Position numbers and translations under genes: made by a program
In this document: piece after piece, positions 57,406 through 64,000 of the stretch
Position numbering within the stretch: position 1 is the stretch's first letter
Layout: every line of letters begins with the position of its first letter
Notes under the pieces: generated by a model
Database searches by the model: none
Seen by the model: only the letters and a program-made list of their open reading frames with translations
Told to the model about the DNA's origin: nothing
Source of the DNA: Leptospiraceae bacterium
GTDB lineage: Bacteria; Spirochaetota; Leptospiria; Leptospirales; Leptonemataceae
Length of the DNA stretch: 64,000 nt
Direction of reading: 5' to 3'
Assembly: GCA_040217195.1 (NCBI GenBank)
Contig: JAVJNR010000003.1
Coordinates: 128,001 to 192,000 of the forward strand

Positions 57406-59535
57406 TTACTCCCTTGATCTTCGGAACTCAACCCTGCGATTTATAGCTCCGGTCACAGCATCCTGTGCTGGTACTATTGGACGTAAATAACTGTATCCTT
57501 TTATGAACAATCTATTGGCCGGAATTCCCATATCCATAAGTGCATTCTTTACGGCACGAGCTCTTTCTCTGGAAAGCATAAGGTTGTACTCATATGCACG
57601 ATCCTCTGGACCGCGATAGGTACGATCTGCATGGCCCTGTACCTCGATACGCATTTCGGGATTGCGTTTCATTACCTCAGCAATATTTCGGATTTTCTTT
57701 AATTCAGAAGGCCGGATGCTGGAATCATTAAGAGCAAACAGTACCCGAACGTTATCTACACAGGCGGGCTGAAAGTCATCACAGGGATCACTGCCATCTG
57801 ATTTAAGCTCTATACGGATCTTTTCCAATCCATTCTCTTCAAAGCGCACCCTCTTCATGGTGTATCCCGGGGAACGAGCTTCCAGCTCAAAGTTCTCCCC
57901 GGGCTGAACGGAAATGCTAAACTCACCCTTCTGATCTACTTCGGGTACCTGAGCCACATCGTTACCCACAAACTTTCTTATGGTGGATGCAGGCAATGGC
58001 AGACCGGTCTGTGCATCAACCACGATGCCCGGAACAATGCGGCCTTCCTTCTGGTTATCCGGACCATCCGGTCGAACTGGCTCAAGGAAGATGATTCTTT
58101 CATCGGTACGACCGGCAGGGATGGCCCCCCGGTAATCCAGAGTGATCTCTGCCGGTTCATATCCGGGAGCACTTACCTCCGCTCGATAGATTCTGCCCGA
58201 ATAGAGTTCCACTTCAAACTGATTGCTAATAGTGATTCCATCTGTCTTTACGGTTTTACGAGAGCTCAATACGATGGTTTGCTCTTCGAACCGTATTTTG
58301 ATTGTTGCATCCAGGCCCAGAGGAAGCTTGCTGGAAGCATCCATGATTTTCCCGGTGAGCAGTATCTTAACTGAATCCAGGAGACGATCTGGAGTTGCAA
58401 AGCGATAAAGATCAAATCCACCCATAGCGAGGGGATGCATTCGATCACTGGAAAAATAAAGCCATAGCCCATCTCTGGTTAAGACAAGAGCCTCATCGTC
58501 TCTTTCGCTGTTGATTGGTCGGCCAAGGTTTTCCGGCTTTTGCCAATCATATCCACTGAAACGGCTGAAATATAGGTCAAAATGCCCCAGACCTCCCGGT
58601 CGATTGGAAGCGAAAATAAGTCTGGATCCGCCATAACTTACATGAGGGGTGATTTCATCAAACCTGGTATTTATGTCCGGTCCTAGATTGACCGGTGCAG
58701 ACCATACTCCTGTCTGTAAGTCTCTTTGCGAATAGTAGATGTCATTTCCGCCGTATCCGCCCGGACGGTCGGAAACAAAGTACATCCGGCTTCCGTCCTG
58801 AGTCACATAGGCCATGCGATCGTAAAAATCGCTATTGATTTCGTTTATATGCCTGATTTCTGACCAGCGACCATTACGAAATCGGGCATAATAGATATTG
58901 GTCCCTGCGAATCCTTCGCGGCTGAGACTTCCACTGGCATCCAATTGCCTGGATGATGTGAAATATAGCTCCACTGGTCTGCCATTTCTATAGAGAATAC
59001 ATGGATGCCCATCGAACCCATCGCTGCCCGGAACGAAGAAACCATCGGTATCAGCAAACAGGATTTTCATCGTATCACTGGGATCTAGTCCCTGATACGG
59101 AAACCGTAGCTCCAGAGGTACGGAATACTCAGCAGGTCCTGCTCGATCGGCAAAGTTTCGATTGAAGCTATACCAGAGACCGTGGCCTTCCCTGGTGCCC
59201 GGACGCTCGGACTGGAAGATGATGTACTTTCCATCCTCTACCACGAACGGTGCATAATCTGCACCGGGAGCGTTCAATGTGTTTAGATTTTCTGGCTCAT
59301 CGTCCGGAGGCAATTCCTGGTCCGATGGTCTATCTGTTCTGGCATCTCTGGTATTGGTCCGATCCAGAGAGTCCACAGAATTCAATCCAGGACCCTGGTT
59401 TACCAGACGATCGGAGCTTGTTTCATTGCCTGGCTGTCTGGATGTCCCCGGTGGGTTTTCCGCCAGGGACGGAGTCAACAAAGTGACGACGCTCATCAAA
59501 CATAGCGTCCAGATTACGGGCCGAATCCGGAACAA
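57406..59535 (-). CDS. PD40 (WD40-like) repeat / OmpA C-terminal domain outer-envelope protein
   Basis: Repeated YF.SDRPGG.GG.DIY and P.NLG..IN motifs; IEVQGHAD...YN..LS..RA.AV..L, NRRVEF. Start is uncertain: TTG at 59535 gives the signal MFRIRPVIWTLCLMSVVTLLTPSLA. Confidence 0.9.
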   Translation of the reverse strand: MFRIRPVIWTLCLMSVVTLLTPSLAENPPGTSRQPGNETSSDRLVNQGPGLNSVDSLDRTNTRDARTDRPSDQELPPDDEPENLNTLNAPGADYAPFVVEDGKYIIFQSERPGTREGHGLWYSFNRNFADRAGPAEYSVPLELRFPYQGLDPSDTMKILFADTDGFFVPGSDGFDGHPCILYRNGRPVELYFTSSRQLDASGSLSREGFAGTNIYYARFRNGRWSEIRHINEINSDFYDRMAYVTQDGSRMYFVSDRPGGYGGNDIYYSQRDLQTGVWSAPVNLGPDINTRFDEITPHVSYGGSRLIFASNRPGGLGHFDLYFSRFSGYDWQKPENLGRPINSERDDEALVLTRDGLWLYFSSDRMHPLAMGGFDLYRFATPDRLLDSVKILLTGKIMDASSKLPLGLDATIKIRFEEQTIVLSSRKTVKTDGITISNQFEVELYSGRIYRAEVSAPGYEPAEITLDYRGAIPAGRTDERIIFLEPVRPDGPDNQKEGRIVPGIVVDAQTGLPLPASTIRKFVGNDVAQVPEVDQKGEFSISVQPGENFELEARSPGYTMKRVRFEENGLEKIRIELKSDGSDPCDDFQPACVDNVRVLFALNDSSIRPSELKKIRNIAEVMKRNPEMRIEVQGHADRTYRGPEDRAYEYNLMLSRERARAVKNALMDMGIPANRLFIKGYSYLRPIVPAQDAVTGAINRRVEFRRSRE

Positions 59536-60574
59536 AGCCGTATACGTTCTGCCAGGAAGACCTGGTTTCCATACAAAGATAGTGGAATAATCGCGGATCA
59601 CGCGATACGATTTTTTCCCGGACGGACCCATACATTTTCTGCCTTATCGTCTTAAAGTAACGGTACTTACCGTCCGGTCCTTGAATCATTTCTTCCTTAG
59701 TAAGATTATCTTCTGCAAACCTGGATTGCATGACTTCTTTTTGTCCGGGAGAATACCTAAAACTTCCAATGGAAATCCAGGCTATTCGATCGGTATTCAC
59801 TGTGTCACAGATCCTATCGATCAATTCATGATATTCCGCTTCCCAGTTTTCATAATAAATGAGCGGATCCAGATGAAAAGCTAACTTGTAACCAGCTTCC
59901 TGAACCTTTACGGCAGCTTCCAATCTCTCATCCAGACTGGCTGTATCATCCTCTACCGAATTGATAATGGAGGGCGGATTCACAGACCAGGCCATCACCG
60001 TATGTCCATTATGGCGAGCATCAAGCAAAGAATCTACGTTACATGATTTGGTTTTCAATTCCAGCGTTGCATTATCAATATCTGCAAAGTGTTCCACCAG
60101 GATTCTGGACAGCCCTGTTATGGGCTCCAGGGCCAGAGAATCGGTATATTCACCGGTTCCGATTCGAAAATGGAATTTCTTGCCTTTGATTTTTCGATCC
60201 ACTTCAGCAAACATATCCTCCAGATTTCCAAACAGAGTCATAAGAGGATGATTCATGAAGTTCTGAAGATAGCAATAATGGCAATCGTACAGACAACCAA
60301 CTCCAAAATTTATTACGAAGTACTGGCAACAAACCATTCCGTCTGAGCCTGGACAGGAAGATACGAATCGACCGGGAAATGGATAAATGAGCAGCGAATC
60401 CTTTTCCAGAATCTGCCCTTTCTTTTGATACTGATCAAGCACCTCGCGGTAATTGTCCACCACCTCAATTGTAACTGGCCTGCCCTCCAATCTCTGGCGA
60501 ATACTTTGAGCCAGCAGACTATCTTTCAGGGAATGGTCGATGTAGACGTGTCGGACGTCGTCCGGGCTGCGCAT
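59423..60574 (-). CDS. Spore photoproduct lyase-family radical SAM protein
   Basis: GCLYDCHYCYLQ (CX3CX2C), RIGTGEYTDSL.LE, LELKTK, WS.NP, SLDERL.AA, DPLI, DGK.RYF...R, YLCME. Confidence 0.9.
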   Translation of the reverse strand: MRSPDDVRHVYIDHSLKDSLLAQSIRQRLEGRPVTIEVVDNYREVLDQYQKKGQILEKDSLLIYPFPGRFVSSCPGSDGMVCCQYFVINFGVGCLYDCHYCYLQNFMNHPLMTLFGNLEDMFAEVDRKIKGKKFHFRIGTGEYTDSLALEPITGLSRILVEHFADIDNATLELKTKSCNVDSLLDARHNGHTVMAWSVNPPSIINSVEDDTASLDERLEAAVKVQEAGYKLAFHLDPLIYYENWEAEYHELIDRICDTVNTDRIAWISIGSFRYSPGQKEVMQSRFAEDNLTKEEMIQGPDGKYRYFKTIRQKMYGSVREKIVSRDPRLFHYLCMETRSSWQNVYGFVPDSARNLDAMFDERRHFVDSVPGGKPTGDIQTARQ

Positions 60575-60739
60575 ACTGCAACAAAATCCATGGGCTTTGT
60601 CGGGGCAAACATTAATACCCTCAATCCATCATTCGAATCCCGATGGCTTATTCCGGGAAGGCTCTGCAGATGATCCCTGATCCAGATTTCGAATATTCAC
60701 CGCAGGATTTAAATTGCGGCCTGAGCAAGCCCGGGAGCT

Positions 60740-61207
60740 CTACTTCAGTCCAAAGGCTTCCAGAAAATGTTCCGGAAAGTTTAGCGGCCGACCTCGATTA
60801 AAATCCATGAAGATTCCCTGAAAGCTAGCGTCGCATGCCAGTTGATCATCCGAGTTTCGGAACATCTGCTGCCTTATCACTCCCCTGGATCGATTTGTGG
60901 AATCCAACCAGGTCAGAATGGTCAACGATTCCGGATGTTCCACAGGAATGCGATACCTGAGATTTGCTTCATAGATTACCGGGCCCTGGTTTTTAGCTCG
61001 CATGATGGCCACTCCCAGCCCTGCACCATCGAATGCCTGCATTCTGGCCTCATCCAGATAGCTCTGAAAGCGACCATTATTCAAATGACCGTTTGAGTCC
61101 ATATCAGACCAGAGCACAGGTAACTCACACTGAAAGACACCTGGCATTCCTGCCTTTTCCAGCCCAGCCGGAAGAGTTCTATTCGGATTTCCCTTTAGTA
61201 CTGCCAT
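60740..61207 (-). CDS. 4HBT/YbgC-family acyl-CoA thioesterase
   Basis: V.WSDMDSNGHLNN..F..YLDEAR hot-dog motif; TAAGGAG RBS. Confidence 0.9.
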   Translation of the reverse strand: MAVLKGNPNRTLPAGLEKAGMPGVFQCELPVLWSDMDSNGHLNNGRFQSYLDEARMQAFDGAGLGVAIMRAKNQGPVIYEANLRYRIPVEHPESLTILTWLDSTNRSRGVIRQQMFRNSDDQLACDASFQGIFMDFNRGRPLNFPEHFLEAFGLK

Positions 61208-61314
61208 TTCATTCTCCTTACGTTTCTATTGTTCCAGGGCCCCGGATCCTGGATCCAGAACCCAATCGTATAACTAGCCAAAAATATCGCTTCTAACCGA
61301 TTCTGCAGAAACGT

Positions 61315-61670
61315 TCAGACAGACTTGTCTGTCTGACATCCCCTGTAAGGATCCTTAAATCAGACAGAATCGCCTGTCCTCCAACACTACAGGATCCGCA
61401 TAAGATCCCTGCCCCCGCCTGCTCCGAAACCAGATGCATATTCTAAGACCTGGCCAGGGTATCTAAAGAGCTATTCTGTTATCTCTTTACCTCCCCCATC
61501 TTTCGAACAGACAAGTCTGTTTGATCATTATTAGAGTCCGACAGACCAGTCTGTTGGATCGCTAATTGCCCTCAGACTGATTTCCAACCCCGGAAGCCGA
61601 AACCAGCCTGGAACGGTTCCAGAGTCGTATTTCAACCGAATCGGCCTTGACCAGACAGACTGGTCTGTTT
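61315..61670. promoter_or_regulatory. Five palindromic ACAGAC-NN-GTCTGT sites (probable TetR operators) and sigma70-like tetR promoter
   Basis: Sites at 61315-61336, 61362-61379 (degenerate), 61506-61521, 61541-61554 and 61653-61670. The last fills the spacer of TTGACC(61647)-N17-TACGAT(61670). Confidence 0.8.
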
Positions 61671-61698
61671 ACGATAACTCCAAAAAGGGAGACTCCTC

Positions 61699-62304
61699 AT
61701 GCCAGGCAAGAAAAAAAAACAGGCTACCGGCGAAAACAATGTGCACCGGCGTATTCTGGAACGTGCCGTGGATTTGTTCTATGTTCAGGGGGTTCATGCC
61801 ACTGGAATCAATCAAATCATTCAGGAGGCGGATGTGGCCAAAGATACACTGTACCGTCAATTTGCCTCCAAGGATGTATTGATCCAGGCAGCCCTGGAGC
61901 TCTGGGGTCGAAAGCTTGCGGTTCTCTGGGAGCGAAAACTACGTAACTGCGAAAGGCCGAAGGAACTATTTCAGAAATGGATTCGTCTGGAGAAGGAAAG
62001 CCTTCGAAAAGAAGCGAATTACAATGGATGCCCGGTAGCTACAATAATGATGGAAATGGGCCGAAGCAAAGACACGAGTATCATTCGAACCGCGCGTAAA
62101 ATTGAACAGCAGTGGATTGAATTCCTTGCATCAGAGTTCATCCGCTTTCAAAAAAGCGGTTCTCTGTCCGCCAGGCATGAGGCGAATTCTCTGGCCCGTG
62201 AGATTTTGACCATTTACCAGGGGGGCCTGGCCATGTGGAGAATCTCCAGCGATGTAAAGTATCTCGATCAACTGAATTCGATTTTTCTGAAGGCAATTCA
62301 CTAG
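61699..62304 (+). CDS. TetR/AcrR-family transcriptional regulator
   Basis: RILE.A..LF..QG...TGI..II.EA.VAK.TLY..F.SK HTH; NGCP motif in the C-domain. Confidence 0.93.
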   Translation: MPGKKKKQATGENNVHRRILERAVDLFYVQGVHATGINQIIQEADVAKDTLYRQFASKDVLIQAALELWGRKLAVLWERKLRNCERPKELFQKWIRLEKESLRKEANYNGCPVATIMMEMGRSKDTSIIRTARKIEQQWIEFLASEFIRFQKSGSLSARHEANSLAREILTIYQGGLAMWRISSDVKYLDQLNSIFLKAIH

Positions 62305-63335
62305 GTTCTGGAGTTCAATTCTTCCGGGTATTTAGCGTTCATAGATTGCAAATCAAACTCTTTGGCCAGTAATTCGTAGGATCTTATTCGGTCCTGGAAA
62401 TCATGGGCCATCATCATGGCAATGATTTCATCCAGATCAAATTGACTGGCATACTCCATTAGACGCTGCCGGACCTGATCAGGCGTTCCCGTAACATATT
62501 TGGAGGCCTGACTCTCCAGGAAAGCCGATTCTTGCATGGTAAACTCATGTCGCCTCGCCTCCTCCAGGGAAGGCACGGATTGAAATCTTCCATAAAGAGC
62601 CATACTCACAAAGACCATTTGAATCGCTCGAGCAAGCAAAGCCGCTTTCTGCTCATTTTCTGCGCAAATCACAAACAATCCCATGGAAACCCTGGACTCA
62701 GGGAAGGAGCCGGACGGAGAGAACTCCTGGCGATACCGATGTATTGCGTCCACGTCTTTTACTTCTTGAATAAAATGAGGTAAAGAAAGTCCCAGCCCCC
62801 ACCGCGCAGCCAGAGATGCATTGGCTCCTCCGGTAAGAATCCACTGCTGCGGTATTGTATCAATCTGGGGACAGGCGATTATGGAACCCCTCTGGGTAAT
62901 GGCCGCATCCGCCAGAAATGCCTGCAACTGCTCAACCTTCTTCGGAAAGTCTTCCGCTTTAAACTCATTGGAAGGATTCAAGATCTTCGCAGTATAGGGA
63001 TCGGTACCCGCAGCCCTCCCCAGTCCCAGGTCAATGCGCCCCGGATAGAGAGCTTCCAGCAAACGAAAACATTCGGCCACTTTAAGAGGACTATGATTTG
63101 GCAGCATAATTCCGCCAGCCCCAACTCTAATTCGCTTCGTAGACTGAGCCACCCGCGAAATTAAAATTTCAGGCGTGGAACTGCCGATCACAGGCATATT
63201 ATGGTGCTCTGTGAGCCAGAATCTCTGGTAGCCCAGATCATCGGCAAGAATTGCCAGCTCTACGGTATCTGCCAGAGCCTGGGAAGCGGATTGACCGGTG
63301 CGAAGCATGGTTTGATCTGCAATACTGAGTTTCAT
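62301..63335 (-). CDS. Luciferase-like (LLM-class) flavin-dependent monooxygenase
   Basis: LGY.RFWL.EHHN, IRVG.GG.MLPNHSPLKVAE.F..LEALYPGRIDLGLGRA.G.D; shares CTAG stop overlap with the convergent tetR. Confidence 0.93.
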   Translation of the reverse strand: MKLSIADQTMLRTGQSASQALADTVELAILADDLGYQRFWLTEHHNMPVIGSSTPEILISRVAQSTKRIRVGAGGIMLPNHSPLKVAECFRLLEALYPGRIDLGLGRAAGTDPYTAKILNPSNEFKAEDFPKKVEQLQAFLADAAITQRGSIIACPQIDTIPQQWILTGGANASLAARWGLGLSLPHFIQEVKDVDAIHRYRQEFSPSGSFPESRVSMGLFVICAENEQKAALLARAIQMVFVSMALYGRFQSVPSLEEARRHEFTMQESAFLESQASKYVTGTPDQVRQRLMEYASQFDLDEIIAMMMAHDFQDRIRSYELLAKEFDLQSMNAKYPEELNSRT

Positions 63336-63461
63336 CTTAACCTTCTTGTCATTCTATCAGAGAACAACGGGTGATGGGAATCGGCTGTTAGAAAAAAGCA
63401 TCAGTCACGATTCATGCAACGCGATACGAATTCCAGACCATCGCAGCATAGGTTTAGCACA

Positions 63462-63998
63462 TCAGAGACGAACATAGGGCATCCTGCGAATGGTGGCTGG
63501 AAGACTGTAGGTATCCGCTCCGCTGATGGTAACTACTTTGGCCTTTTCCAGGTCCAGGGTGCCATCTGGCTGCTGGATTTCCTGCGGGAAGCGAATTTCT
63601 AGAATTCGGCCAACAATTAGACGAGTTCGATTCACTTCTATTAAATGCTCCTCTTCGAACCGAAGTCCAACCTGGATACGGCTTTCTGCAACGAAAGGTG
63701 CCTGCTGTCCTTCCCAGGTCTCTGGCGTAAGCCCGGTAGCTTCAAATTCCGAGCGGTTGGCGGGGTATTTGCCTGAAGTTTGATGTGCCGGTTCAATCAT
63801 ATCTTCATGAATATGATTAATTGTGTAATGTCCGGTTTCTCTAATATTATCATAGGTATGCCGCGACACAGTGGCGGGTCTGAGAATATATCCAAGAAGA
63901 GCTGGATCACTTCCAAGATGAATTACAGAACTGAAGATAGCTAGATTGGTCTGCCCCTGATTGTTGGCCGTAGCGATTAGATTGGCACTTTTGTATCC
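63462..63998 (-). CDS. Flavin reductase (DIM6/NTAB)-family protein, 5' end beyond window
   Basis: Frame is open to the window edge: GYKSANLIAT...NLAIFSSVIHLGSDPALLG.ILRP...RHTYDNI..TG.YTINH...AHQTS..Y....SEF..GL...PFV.ES. Confidence 0.9.
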   Translation of the reverse strand, partial: GYKSANLIATANNQGQTNLAIFSSVIHLGSDPALLGYILRPATVSRHTYDNIRETGHYTINHIHEDMIEPAHQTSGKYPANRSEFEATGLTPETWEGQQAPFVAESRIQVGLRFEEEHLIEVNRTRLIVGRILEIRFPQEIQQPDGTLDLEKAKVVTISGADTYSLPATIRRMPYVRL

Positions 63999-64000
63999 CG

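Noticed and set aside
61315..61670. CRISPR-like or attC-like array from the repeated palindromes
   Set aside because: Units are short, irregularly spaced and one sits in a promoter spacer next to a tetR gene; operators are the simpler explanation.

Overview
Gene-dense bacterial chromosomal window of roughly balanced GC, almost certainly from a Leptospiraceae spirochete. The placement rests on an FcpA flagellar-coiling protein, a spirochete-type fliO-P-Q-R-flhB-flhA cluster, a DUF1577-like protein, an LmtA-like protein and DUF1566 lipoprotein content. It holds about 60 CDSs: a MoxR/SpoIIM/DUF4129/DUF4350-type cluster (cut by the left edge), peptidase and hydrolase genes, two tandem DUF4139 genes, rsmI-flgM with a sigma28-like promoter, apbC, flagellar export genes, mtnP, a diguanylate cyclase, an HDAC coupled to an unknown gene, gpsA, an arsR-arsI(cadI)-acr3-arsC operon, fcpA, a DnaC-like ATPase-folK-acyltransferase operon, a large surface lipoprotein divergent from an ECF sigma/FecR module, hisS, a PD40/OmpA protein, an SPL-family radical SAM protein and a TetR locus with five operator-like palindromes. 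I found no rRNA, tRNA, CRISPR array, transposase, integrase, reverse transcriptase or prophage. I cannot claim a clear-cut new system. The best leads are the deacetylase plus unknown partner pair, a thiolase lacking its catalytic Cys, a rhomboid lacking its catalytic residues, a Prp-type motif behind a long FlhB leader, the receptor-less ECF/FecR/surface-lipoprotein module and the TetR operator array. All family calls come from motif recognition by eye; no database searches were run.
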